From: a virus
DNA length: 64,000 nt
IMG/VR virus record: IMGVR_UViG_3300021062_000001
Direction: 5' to 3' (one strand)
The position numbers were made by a program, and so were the translations under genes. Positions 26,063-34,513 of this stretch are shown here, piece by piece (the stretch's first letter is position 1; each line of letters begins with the position of its first letter). The notes below the pieces were generated by a model. The model was not told the DNA's origin. It was given only the letters and a program-made list of their open reading frames with translations, and did not search any database.

Positions 26063-28019
26063 CCTCCTCCCGCACTTCGTCGACCACTACGCCGCCCGGG
26101 GCTGCCGGGTCGTCGCGATCGTCAACCTGAACACCGCCCCGCCCGGCCTCCGCGAGAAGGTCGAGGCCGTCCTCGCCTCCCGCCCGGCCGAGTTCCAGGT
26201 GCTGGCGTGGGAGGACGTGCCGTACGACGTCCGCACCGCCACCGACGTGCGGCTGGAGGCCCACCGCCGGCGGCTCGTGCCCGAGGGCGGCTGGTGGGCC
26301 AAGGCGGACGTGGACGAGCTGGTCGAGCTGCCGGCCGGGCACGCGTCGTTCCCCGCCCTCGCCGGGGCCGCCGATGCCTCGGGGGCGAACTGCGTGCACG
26401 GCTACTGGGTCGACCGCGTGGCCGCCGGCGGCGAGATGCCCGCCGTGCTGCCGGGCGTCCCGCTCGACTGGCAGTTCCCGCTCGGCGGGGACGTGACCCG
26501 CCGCCTGTGCCCCCGGGTGAACCACCGCAAGCTCGTCCTGTTCAAGGCCGTGCCGGGCATGACGATGATCGGCGGCTGCCACGGCTGCCCCGGCGTCGAG
26601 CAGCGGCTGCGGGGCGTCGACCTACGCGTCCACCACTTCAAGTGGACGGCGACGCTCGGGGACCGCCTGCGGGACCGGTGGGAGCGGTACCGCGACCTGG
26701 ACGTGCCGTGGTGGCGGGAGAGCAAGGACATCTGCGAGGCGCTGGAGCGGAACGGGTGGCGGGTGCCGACCGACCGGCTCCGCGAGGTCAAGCCGGCCCC
26801 CAGGCACTCGCACAAGGGCTGGTCGGTCGATGCCCAGGACGTGGCGGCCATGCGGGAGGTGGCGACGACGCACGGGGCCAGGACGGTGCTGGAGTTCGGC
26901 CCCGGGGCGAGCACGGCCGCCTTCCTCGACCTCGGGCTCGACGTGACCTCGTACGAGCACGACCCGGCGTGGCTGGCGAAGCTGCGGGCCGAGCTGCCGG
27001 CGGGGGCCAAGCTGCACGGGTACGCCAACGCCGAGCGGCTGTCGCTGCCGGAGATCGAGGGGCGGGCGTTCGACCTCGCCCTCGTCGACGGCCCGCCCGG
27101 CATCCCCGAGGCCCCGCCGTACAACCGGTTCAACGCCGCCGCCGTCTGCGCCGCCGCCTCGCCGCTGGTGCTCGTGCACGACGCCCGCCGCGACCGCGAG
27201 CGCGCCCTGGTCGCCGGGTACGCCGCCAGGGGCTGGGGCGTGCGGGCGTGGGACACGCACCGGGGGCTCGCCCTGCTGACCCGCCCCGTGCGGATCTCGT
27301 ACTGCACGACGTGCGGCAACCGCCTCGACGACCTGAAGGCCACGCTGCCGGTCAACCTGTCCCTGCTCGGCCCCGGCGAGGAGCTGGTGCTCGTCGTGTA
27401 CGCCGACCGCAGCGGCACGGCCGAGTGGGTCACGGCCGCGTTCCCCCGCGAGCTGGCCGCCGGCCGCCTCCGCCTTTACACGGCCAGCGCCGACCGCTTC
27501 CTCCGATCGCACGCCAAGAACGTCTGCCACCTGCTCGGGCGGGGCTCGGTGCTGGTCAACGTCGACGCCGACAACCGCCTGGACCCCCGCTACCTGTACA
27601 AGCTCCGCCGCCACGACTTCCGGCACGCCGCCGTCCTGTACGCCGGCTACGGCGCGGGCGGGCACAAGGGGCGGGTGGCGATCACGTCGGCCCTCTTCCG
27701 CCAGATGGGCGGGCACAACGAGCAGCTGCGGGGGTACGGGCAGGAGGAGGTCGACCTGATCCGCCGCGTGTGGGCCGTGGGCGTGAACACCGTGCCGCTC
27801 TGGGTCGACCCGGCGACGGCCATCCCGACCAGCGACGAGGTGCGGGCCGAGGCGAACGACCCGGGCCTCTCCGCCCAGGACTCCGACCGCCTCCACGCCG
27901 AGCTGACGCAGGCCGACGTGGACGCCGGCCGGCTCGTGGCGAACGCCGGCCAGCCGTGGGGCGTCGCCGACCTCGTCGACCACGCCGGCAGGGCTCGGGC
28001 GGCGGGTTGTTTTCCCTGA
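26034..28019 (+). CDS. three-module glycosyltransferase / methyltransferase-like / glycosyltransferase protein
   Basis: ATG 26034 after GAGGAGAG. N-terminal GT-A-like (MFTYVYRDADLLPHFVDHY...DVDELV). Middle Rossmann VLEFGPGASTAAFL...LVDGPPG. C-terminal GT-A-like VNVDADN...GYGQEEVDLIRR. Confidence 0.65.
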   Translation: MFTYVYRDADLLPHFVDHYAARGCRVVAIVNLNTAPPGLREKVEAVLASRPAEFQVLAWEDVPYDVRTATDVRLEAHRRRLVPEGGWWAKADVDELVELPAGHASFPALAGAADASGANCVHGYWVDRVAAGGEMPAVLPGVPLDWQFPLGGDVTRRLCPRVNHRKLVLFKAVPGMTMIGGCHGCPGVEQRLRGVDLRVHHFKWTATLGDRLRDRWERYRDLDVPWWRESKDICEALERNGWRVPTDRLREVKPAPRHSHKGWSVDAQDVAAMREVATTHGARTVLEFGPGASTAAFLDLGLDVTSYEHDPAWLAKLRAELPAGAKLHGYANAERLSLPEIEGRAFDLALVDGPPGIPEAPPYNRFNAAAVCAAASPLVLVHDARRDRERALVAGYAARGWGVRAWDTHRGLALLTRPVRISYCTTCGNRLDDLKATLPVNLSLLGPGEELVLVVYADRSGTAEWVTAAFPRELAAGRLRLYTASADRFLRSHAKNVCHLLGRGSVLVNVDADNRLDPRYLYKLRRHDFRHAAVLYAGYGAGGHKGRVAITSALFRQMGGHNEQLRGYGQEEVDLIRRVWAVGVNTVPLWVDPATAIPTSDEVRAEANDPGLSAQDSDRLHAELTQADVDAGRLVANAGQPWGVADLVDHAGRARAAGCFP

Positions 28020-28062
28020 GGCACCGGAGTAACCTATCCCCCGAAAGGGTGAGAGGTCTCCT

Positions 28063-29217
28063 ATGCCGAAGATCCGCTACCAGAAGATCACGATCCGCGA
28101 CGCCGACAAGCTCGACGCCATCGAGAAGGCGAACGTGCTGATCGAGTCCTACCAGTCGCAGGGGTACATGCTCACCCTGCGGCAGCTCTACTACCGGTTC
28201 GTCGCCGGCGACCTCTTCCCCGCCAGCCGCAAGTGGTCCAAGATCCCGGGCACGGACAAGTGGGTCCGCGACCCGAACGGGACGATCAACGCCGAGCCGA
28301 ACTACAAGTGGCTCGGGGACGTCGTCAGCGACGCGCGGATGGGCGGGTTCATGGACTGGGAGGCGATCGAGGACCGCACCCGCGAGGTCGACGAGGTCCC
28401 GCACTGGGAGACGCCGGCCGCGATCCTCTCGGCCTGCCACAACAGCTTCCGCGTCGACAAGTGGCTGACCCAGCGGAACCGGATCGAGGTCTGGGTCGAG
28501 AAGGACGCCGTCGAGGGCATCGCCAAGCAGGCCGCCCACGCCCACGACGTGCCGATCTTCTCGTGCCGCGGGTACAGCAGCCTGTCGAGCCTGTGGGAGT
28601 CGGCCAACCGCCTGAAGAAGCACATCAAGAACCGCCAGCGGGTCGTAATTCTCCACCTGGGCGACCACGACCCCTCGGGCATCGACATGAGCCGGGACAT
28701 CGAGGACCGGCTGAACACGTTCATCCACACCGACCTCCTGCACGAGACGATGGAGGACATCAAGGACTCGGGGCTGACGTTCCGCGACGACAAGGGCAAG
28801 GTGAAGGTCGACATGGTCTGCGCCCGGGCCGAGGACCTGTTCGGCATCCCCGCCGGCCGCTTCCTCGAAGGCAAGATGATCGAGGTCCGCCGCATCGCCC
28901 TGACCATGGAGCAGGTGGAGCAGTACAATCCCCCGCCCAACCCGGCGAAGACGACCGACGCCCGGTACAAGAAGTACCAGGAGGAGCACGGCGACGAGAG
29001 CTGGGAGCTGGACGCGCTGGAGCCCTCGGTGCTGGACCAGCTGATCCAGGACTCGATCGAGGGGATCAAGGACGCCGACCTGTACGCCGACCGCGAGGAG
29101 CTGGAGAACAAGCACCGGAAGAACCTCAAGATCTGCTGCGACAACTGGGACAACGGGCTGGCCGAGGTCGTGGCGAACTACAAACCCAAGCCCGCCAAGA
29201 AGGGTAAGAAGAAATGA
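28063..29217 (+). CDS. Topo VI subunit A/Spo11-like protein (mini-A type; 5Y-CAP plus Toprim)
   Basis: LTLRQLYYRFV (catalytic Tyr context), VWVEKDAVEG (Toprim Glu), LGDHDPSGIDM (DxD). Confidence 0.7.
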   Translation: MPKIRYQKITIRDADKLDAIEKANVLIESYQSQGYMLTLRQLYYRFVAGDLFPASRKWSKIPGTDKWVRDPNGTINAEPNYKWLGDVVSDARMGGFMDWEAIEDRTREVDEVPHWETPAAILSACHNSFRVDKWLTQRNRIEVWVEKDAVEGIAKQAAHAHDVPIFSCRGYSSLSSLWESANRLKKHIKNRQRVVILHLGDHDPSGIDMSRDIEDRLNTFIHTDLLHETMEDIKDSGLTFRDDKGKVKVDMVCARAEDLFGIPAGRFLEGKMIEVRRIALTMEQVEQYNPPPNPAKTTDARYKKYQEEHGDESWELDALEPSVLDQLIQDSIEGIKDADLYADREELENKHRKNLKICCDNWDNGLAEVVANYKPKPAKKGKKK

Positions 29218-29429
29218 CGATCACCGGCACCGTGAAGTCCGTCCAGATCATCAGCTACACCAACGGCGGCCCGAACAAGGAGCCCACGCCGGGCACCGTG
29301 GAGGTCGGCGTCGTGCTGGGCGAGTGGCACAACGACGGGGAGCTGAAGTTCCGCGTCCCGCACGGCAAGGCGGCCCCGTACCAGGTCGGCCGCGAGGTCA
29401 CCCTCACCATCAAGCCGAAGGGCAAGTGA
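29214..29429 (+). CDS. small hypothetical protein
   Basis: 71 aa; ATGA overlap with upstream stop. Confidence 0.55.
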   Translation: MTITGTVKSVQIISYTNGGPNKEPTPGTVEVGVVLGEWHNDGELKFRVPHGKAAPYQVGREVTLTIKPKGK

Positions 29430-29433
29430 CGCC

Positions 29434-29691
29434 ATGGCAGACGAGGTCGAGTTCGTCGAGATCACGATCGAGAAGGCCCCGCGGTGCCACTGGCACTCGA
29501 ACTGCACGACCCCGAGGGCGGGGAGCGGCGTCATGAAGATCGTGCGGGAGGACGCCGAGGCCCAGCGCACGGTCTTCGAGTGCCTGGGCTGCGGCAAGTG
29601 GGGCTACGTTCCCTACGGCCACTCCTTCGGCGTCCCGTTCCGCTCGCCCCCTCTACCGCCGGAGGCCGTCGCATGTGCACCGGAACCCTGA
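29434..29691 (+). CDS. small protein with zinc-ribbon-like Cys/His pairs
   Basis: CHWHSNC...CLGCGKWG. Confidence 0.55.
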   Translation: MADEVEFVEITIEKAPRCHWHSNCTTPRAGSGVMKIVREDAEAQRTVFECLGCGKWGYVPYGHSFGVPFRSPPLPPEAVACAPEP

Positions 29692-29900
29692 TCGAGATCC
29701 GACGTGACGCGGAGCTGATCCACGCCGAGCTTGTCGCCGGCGGGATGCAGGACTTCGACGTCTTCCTCTACCGGTACGCCAACGCCTGCTGTGCCCTCGA
29801 ACTCCTCCGGGAGGAGGGACGGGTGACCCGCAGCGCGTTCATGGTGTTGGCGGCCGATCCAAAAACCAGTTTTGAGAAGGAGCAACAGCCATGTGGATGA
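29673..29900 (+). CDS. small hypothetical protein
   Basis: ATG 29673 inside ORF 29484..29900; its 3' end runs through box copy 6. Confidence 0.45.
   Translation: MCTGTLIEIRRDAELIHAELVAGGMQDFDVFLYRYANACCALELLREEGRVTRSAFMVLAADPKTSFEKEQQPCG
29856..29881 (+). promoter_or_regulatory. palindromic box copy 6, variant (GATCCAAAAACCAGTTTTGAGAAGGA)
   Basis: G to A change in the core; 17 nt before ATG 29891. Confidence 0.55.
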
Positions 29901-30556
29901 TCGAGTTCTTCGCCGGCGTTCACCTCGTGACCAAGGGCGTCAAGAAGCCGGGCCGGACGCTGACCCCGCGGATCAACGCCGACGTCGGCGAGTGGTCGAG
30001 CCCCCGAGCCTTCGTCGACCAGGTCGGCGAGATGTGCGGGGCCGTGGTCGCCGAGGTCCACGCCAAGATGCAGCACGTCGCCCAGACGGCCGGCGACAAG
30101 GAGTTCCTCCCGTTCACGGCCGAGCCGTTCATCTACTTCGTGTTCGGCGGCCGCCCGCTGACGTTCCGGTCGTGGACGCCGACGTCGTTCATCGACCCGC
30201 GCGCCGACTTGGAGGCCGGGCTCGAAGGCGGGCACCTGCTCGTGCTCCGCAAGCGGTTCGGAGCCCTGCTCGGCGAGCTGCACGAGGAGATCCGCAAGGC
30301 GGGCGGCCTGCAGTTCATGTGCCCGACGATCCGCAACGACGGCATGGGCATCCCGGTGCCGGTCACCAACCTGCCCCGCGCCGTGTCCGTGCCGTTCGCC
30401 ACGCACCCGACCGCCCTGTACATGAAGCCGAGGGACAAGCATGAAGACCAGACTGGCGATCCTGCGGGAGTACCGGCGGGCGAACCTGGCGGTGGCGCAG
30501 AGCAGCCTGCGGCTCCGGGGCCTGCGGCTCCGGGGCCTGCGGCTCCTGTCGCCTGA
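29891..30556 (+). CDS. hypothetical protein
   Basis: 221 aa; last ~115 nt overlap the next gene. Confidence 0.65.
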   Translation: MWMIEFFAGVHLVTKGVKKPGRTLTPRINADVGEWSSPRAFVDQVGEMCGAVVAEVHAKMQHVAQTAGDKEFLPFTAEPFIYFVFGGRPLTFRSWTPTSFIDPRADLEAGLEGGHLLVLRKRFGALLGELHEEIRKAGGLQFMCPTIRNDGMGIPVPVTNLPRAVSVPFATHPTALYMKPRDKHEDQTGDPAGVPAGEPGGGAEQPAAPGPAAPGPAAPVA

Positions 30557-30770
30557 CGCCAAGCAGCAGCTCGAACGTCACGCCCAGCTCCAGGCGATCC
30601 AACAGTCGCTCGCCTGGGTGCTGGGGGACAACGCGATGGCCCCACTGAGGTCCCTATGCAGCCACAGCTCGTCCCAGCCGACCGGAGCACCGTCAGGGCG
30701 AACCCGCACGCCGGCCGCACCGCGTACCCGATCGCCGGCCGCCCGCGGACGCACCAGATCGGGGACATGA
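30441..30770 (+). CDS. hypothetical protein
   Basis: GC3-rich from ATG 30441 to about 30655; tail overlaps next gene. Confidence 0.5.
   Translation: MKTRLAILREYRRANLAVAQSSLRLRGLRLRGLRLLSPDAKQQLERHAQLQAIQQSLAWVLGDNAMAPLRSLCSHSSSQPTGAPSGRTRTPAAPRTRSPAARGRTRSGT
30506..30546. repeat. 15-bp tandem repeat, about 2.7 copies (CCTGCGGCTCCGGGG)
   Basis: Read directly; lies in the overlap of two ORFs (PAAPG x3 in one frame, LRLRG x3 in the other). Confidence 0.9.
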
Positions 30771-31120
30771 CGCTGGTCGTCAACGAGATCCAGTACGTCT
30801 ACAGCCTCTCCCCGGAGCCGGCGTACTTCTACGAGCACGTCCCGACCCGGCTGGCGTGCGGGTGCGAGGTCGGGCCGCTGCACACGGACGTCGAGCACGA
30901 CGAGGTGGGCGACGGGGAGGGCGGCGAGATCCCGATCGTCGTCTGCCCCGTGTGCCGCGAGGTCGTGGCGTTTACACTGGAGCGGCTGACGGACCAACAG
31001 TGCAAGGAGGCGCTCGATGGGGCTGGCGAGGCAACACAAGCTGGACGAGCTGCGGCGGCGGTTCAAGATGGCGGCCAAGCGGAAGCGCATGGCGGCCCGG
31101 GACACGTCCGTCTACCGTAA
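30656..31120 (+). CDS. hypothetical protein with CxC...CxxC
   Basis: LACGCEV...VCPVCREV; tail overlaps next gene. Confidence 0.55.
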   Translation: MQPQLVPADRSTVRANPHAGRTAYPIAGRPRTHQIGDMTLVVNEIQYVYSLSPEPAYFYEHVPTRLACGCEVGPLHTDVEHDEVGDGEGGEIPIVVCPVCREVVAFTLERLTDQQCKEALDGAGEATQAGRAAAAVQDGGQAEAHGGPGHVRLP

Positions 31121-31199
31121 CGCCGACGACGAGATGCGTAAGGTCGAGCAGGAGATGCGGGAGTTCTTCCGCGGGCAGAAGAAGCAAGGAGGCAAGTGA
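31017..31199 (+). CDS. small basic coiled-coil-like protein
   Basis: 60 aa; K/R/E-rich; GC3-rich. Confidence 0.55.
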   Translation: MGLARQHKLDELRRRFKMAAKRKRMAARDTSVYRNADDEMRKVEQEMREFFRGQKKQGGK

Positions 31200-31909
31200 T
31201 GGCCGGCGAGCTGACCGTCGTGATGCTGAACTGGATGCGGCCGGAGAACGTCCGCCGCTTCGTGCACTTCTACGCCATGCACGACGCCGTGGCCCAGGTG
31301 CTGGTGGGCGACAACAACCCGCACGCCGGCCCGAGGCCGCACAGCCTGAACCTGGCGAACCACCTGCCGCCCGACGCAGCCGAGAAGATCGTCGTGGCGT
31401 CGTTCAGCCAGGACGTCGGCCTGCCGTCGCGGTTCGCCCTGGCCGCCATGGCACGCACGGACCACGTCCTGATCTGCGACGACGACATCGACCTCCCCGA
31501 CGACACGGTCCGCCGGCTGCTCGCCGAGTTCCAGCGGAACAACGCCGGGGCCGTGGGCCTGCACGGCCGCAAGCCGGCGGAGGACGGGCGGTACACGATC
31601 GACAACCACTACGGCCCGGTGCCGATCCTGCTGACGCGGGCCGTCGTCACCACGCCCCGCGTCGCCGGCGAGGCGCTGTGGCAGAGCGTCCGCATGGCCC
31701 GAGCCCTCGGCGGCGTCCCGTTCGGCAACGGCGAGGACATCGTGATGAGCTACGTCGCGATGCGGCAGGCGGGCCGCCCGAACATCGCCGTGAGGCTGCC
31801 GTACAAGAACGTGGGGTTCAACGACGCCAACGCGATCAGCGTCCGCTACCCCAAGCACGAGGAGCACCGATCGAAAGTAGTTCAATGGTGCCGCGAGCAC
31901 GTTCTCTGA
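31199..31909 (+). CDS. GT64/exostosin-like GT-A glycosyltransferase
   Basis: TGATG overlap, AAGGAGG upstream; VVMLNWMRPEN, ICDDDIDLPDD (DxD), GNGEDIVMSY (compare NCEDI.MN of GT64). Confidence 0.6.
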   Translation: MAGELTVVMLNWMRPENVRRFVHFYAMHDAVAQVLVGDNNPHAGPRPHSLNLANHLPPDAAEKIVVASFSQDVGLPSRFALAAMARTDHVLICDDDIDLPDDTVRRLLAEFQRNNAGAVGLHGRKPAEDGRYTIDNHYGPVPILLTRAVVTTPRVAGEALWQSVRMARALGGVPFGNGEDIVMSYVAMRQAGRPNIAVRLPYKNVGFNDANAISVRYPKHEEHRSKVVQWCREHVL

Positions 31910-31915
31910 AGTTTC

Positions 31916-31944
31916 TTGACACGTCCCCCCATCGGGGGTAACTT
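31916..31944 (+). promoter_or_regulatory. sigma70-like promoter candidate with GC mini-hairpin spacer
   Basis: TTGACA-N17(cgtCCCCCcatcGGGGG)-TAACTT, immediately after the stop of the 31199 gene. Confidence 0.45.
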
Positions 31945-32212
31945 TCCTGACGCTGGACGGGCATGGACGTGGAACGGGGCCAGGGATGGCCACTGGGGAC
32001 AAGGATGTCACCACCGCGTCCGGCCGGTTCGGTGGGCGTTTTGACGGACGCCCTAAGAGCCGCAGAGGAGATGAGGTGTGCCGACGCAGCTCGACCCTGC
32101 GACGGGAGCCTCAACAAGAAACGGGGGCGGCCAGTGACTCCTTGGCCGCCCCTACATTGAAATCTTCCCTCCACAGCCCGACCGGCTCACCCACGCGGTC
32201 GGGCTTCTTTGT
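31945..32212 (+). ncRNA. candidate GGA-rich small RNA (possible CsrA/RsmA-titrating decoy)
   Basis: About 270 nt with low GC3 in all frames. 9 GGA. Hairpins with AGGGAU (31978-31991) and AAGGAU (31994-32013) hexaloops. ACAAGGATGT at 31999-32008. Ends at terminator 32176-32212. Confidence 0.4.
32176..32212 (+). terminator. intrinsic terminator
   Basis: Stem GCCCGACCG / CGGTCGGGC, 11-nt loop, then TTCTTTGT. Confidence 0.65.
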
Positions 32213-32277
32213 AACTGGAGGTTCTAACCCGCCCCGGCCCAGCCGGCACGGGGCATACTCGTAGCAAGGAGGCTCAG

Positions 32278-33939
32278 ATGCCTGACCTTCGCCCGCCGCC
32301 CGGTTCCGACCTGTCCAAGCTCCGCAACCTCAAGGACACGCGCGTCGTCCTGCAGCGCGGGGCGACCTACCAGGCCTCCAGCGACTGGGGGCTCAAACGC
32401 AACGTCGAGGTCGTGGCCGAGGGGACCGGCGGCCCACGCCCGCGGGTCGACTTCCTCGACAGCGGTGCCGGCGTCCACCTCCTCGGCGCGCAGAACATTG
32501 CCGTCTCCGACGTCGCCCTGATCTGCGTCCACCCCCAGCCGTCCTCGGGCGGCGTCCGCTCGGTCAGCTCGAAGGACGTCCGCCTCACCCGCGTCGAGGT
32601 CGCCGGCTTCCGCAACGGCATGACCAGCGAGGGCAAGCCCGGCGAGCGCAGCTCGAACTTCACGGTCGAGCAGTGCTACGTCCACAACAACTTCAACGCC
32701 AAGCCGCCTACCGGCAGCCCGCACGGCGGCGGCCACAGCCAGGGCATCTTCACGAGCTACACGGACGGCCTCCGGCTCCTCCGCACGGTCTGGGACACCA
32801 ACGGGTGGACGCCGGGCAAGGGGATCGCGACGCAGTTCAACCACAACGCCTACCTGAACGCCTCGTGCGGACCGGCCGAGGTGGTCGGCAACCTGTTCTA
32901 CAACGGGGCGGCGACCGGCCTGCAGCACCGGTGCGGCGGGCCGAACTCGTACAACCTGTTCCTCAACAACCCGATCGGCCTGACGTACGGCCTGGTCAAC
33001 GGCGGCGGCCCGCTGTGCCAGGGCGGCGTCAGCGGCGACGTGCACCACCTCGTGTTCGTCGGCGGCCGGGACATCAACGGCAGCCCGCGCGGCAACGCGA
33101 TGTCGTTCGCCAACTGCAAGCGGGTCCGCGTACGCGACGTGCTGATCGCCCACGCCCCGCAGGACAAGTTCCAGGCCGTTGCCCTCGAACGGTGCCGGAT
33201 GGGTGCCGACAGCGAGTACCTGAACAAGCCGGGCGGCATCGACATCGGGATCGCCGACCTGGAGTTCGACCGGGTCTACGTCTGGGACTGGCCCAAGGGC
33301 GAGTGGATTCAGTCGATCGGCGGCCAGGACGTGAAGCGGCTGGTCAAGCCGCAGAGCTGGGCTCCGCCGAAGCGGCCCGACCTCCGCGAGTGGATCGAGG
33401 AGCGGGGCGTGCTCGCCAACGCCCGGGCGAGCTACGCGACGTTCGACGCCAAGCCGCTGATCGACCAGATGTTCGCCCTCGCCGGCGCTGGCCAGGCCCC
33501 GACGCCCACGCCGACCCCGCCGCCCCCGCCCACCCCGCAGCCGACCCCGCCGAGCGAGCCGCGGCTCGACCTGATCGCGGTCAAGCTCGACGGCAAGCCG
33601 GTCGGCCGGCTGCAGGGCTCGTCGCTGCACTCCCCGGTCGCGGTCAAGGCCGTGCCCGTGCTGCCGGGCGGCCGGGGCATCGACCGCGTGCACTTCAGCC
33701 TCGACAAGCTCGGGGACGAGAAGCCGCCGCTGCTGGAGAAGGAGGAGCGGACCCCGCCCTACGCCTTCCCCGGCGACACGGGCGGCGACCGGTTCACCAA
33801 GTTCCCGTGGACCAGCGGGGCGTACCGCATGGTCGCCCGGGGGTACGCCGGGACCAAGGAGGTCGTCAAGCAGGTGGCGGAGTTCAGCGTCTGCACCGAC
33901 GAGGAGGTCGCGGCCGCGCTGGCGGCGAAGGACGACTAG
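32278..33939 (+). CDS. right-handed beta-helix protein (tailspike/polysaccharide depolymerase-like)
   Basis: Repeated beta-helix-type segments (VHNNFN, NHNAYLN, GNLFYNG, NLFLNNP); PTPTPTPPPPPTPQPTPP linker; C-terminal extra domain. Confidence 0.65.
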   Translation: MPDLRPPPGSDLSKLRNLKDTRVVLQRGATYQASSDWGLKRNVEVVAEGTGGPRPRVDFLDSGAGVHLLGAQNIAVSDVALICVHPQPSSGGVRSVSSKDVRLTRVEVAGFRNGMTSEGKPGERSSNFTVEQCYVHNNFNAKPPTGSPHGGGHSQGIFTSYTDGLRLLRTVWDTNGWTPGKGIATQFNHNAYLNASCGPAEVVGNLFYNGAATGLQHRCGGPNSYNLFLNNPIGLTYGLVNGGGPLCQGGVSGDVHHLVFVGGRDINGSPRGNAMSFANCKRVRVRDVLIAHAPQDKFQAVALERCRMGADSEYLNKPGGIDIGIADLEFDRVYVWDWPKGEWIQSIGGQDVKRLVKPQSWAPPKRPDLREWIEERGVLANARASYATFDAKPLIDQMFALAGAGQAPTPTPTPPPPPTPQPTPPSEPRLDLIAVKLDGKPVGRLQGSSLHSPVAVKAVPVLPGGRGIDRVHFSLDKLGDEKPPLLEKEERTPPYAFPGDTGGDRFTKFPWTSGAYRMVARGYAGTKEVVKQVAEFSVCTDEEVAAALAAKDD

Positions 33940-34027
33940 GGGTAGCATTTATGGTCTCATGCGGTTTCGGGCCGCCCGCAACCCCACAGCGGCCCAGTCC
34001 AGCGTTTCGTGAAAGGAGTCACGCACC

Positions 34028-34435
34028 ATGCGGACTTTCCGTTCCCGGTTCTCGGCCCTCGTGGCCGTCGCGTTCCTGTCCTCGCTCCTGCTCGGCCTGA
34101 CCGGCTGCGGCGGGAAGAACATCAACACCGCCAACACCGGCGGCACGCTGACCGGCGTCGTCGACCGGCACGACAAGTACGTGCAGGCCGACCCCAACGT
34201 CGACCAGGCCGAGGCCCTCGCCGACTCGGCGGTGCTCAGGCAGGCGTGGCAGGCGGAAAGCGTACCGGCCAACGCGATCGAGGCCCCCTTAAACCGCGTC
34301 GCCGACCGGCACGACGGGTACGTCCAGTCGGACGGGACCCTGCCGCCCTACAAGCAACGCGCGAACCTACGCGACACCGCGATCCTGCGGGAGCTGCTGA
34401 AGGTCGGGAGGGCGACACCCGCCACCAACCCCTAA
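34028..34435 (+). CDS. lipoprotein
   Basis: MRTFRSRFSALVAVAFLSSLLLGLTGC lipobox. Confidence 0.75.
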   Translation: MRTFRSRFSALVAVAFLSSLLLGLTGCGGKNINTANTGGTLTGVVDRHDKYVQADPNVDQAEALADSAVLRQAWQAESVPANAIEAPLNRVADRHDGYVQSDGTLPPYKQRANLRDTAILRELLKVGRATPATNP

Positions 34436-34513
34436 CGGCCGTCGCCCCGTAGCGGCGGCCCGCACCGCGTCCACGGACGGACGCACGAGACGACGTGACA
34501 AGGAGGTCACCCA

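Noticed and set aside
31963-32264. ORFs 31963..32160 and 31986..32264 as protein-coding genes
   Set aside because: Codon-position-3 G/C is clearly lower than in neighbouring genes. There is no SD. The region is bracketed by promoter-like and terminator elements, so it is treated as a candidate ncRNA instead.
31910-32277. tRNA or tmRNA in the long intergenic gaps (also 34935-35062, 40110-40453, 24338-24655)
   Set aside because: No GTTCRANNC T-loop with a matching acceptor/T-stem, and no CCA-ended cloverleaf, could be drawn by hand. A tRNAscan/ARAGORN run would be decisive.
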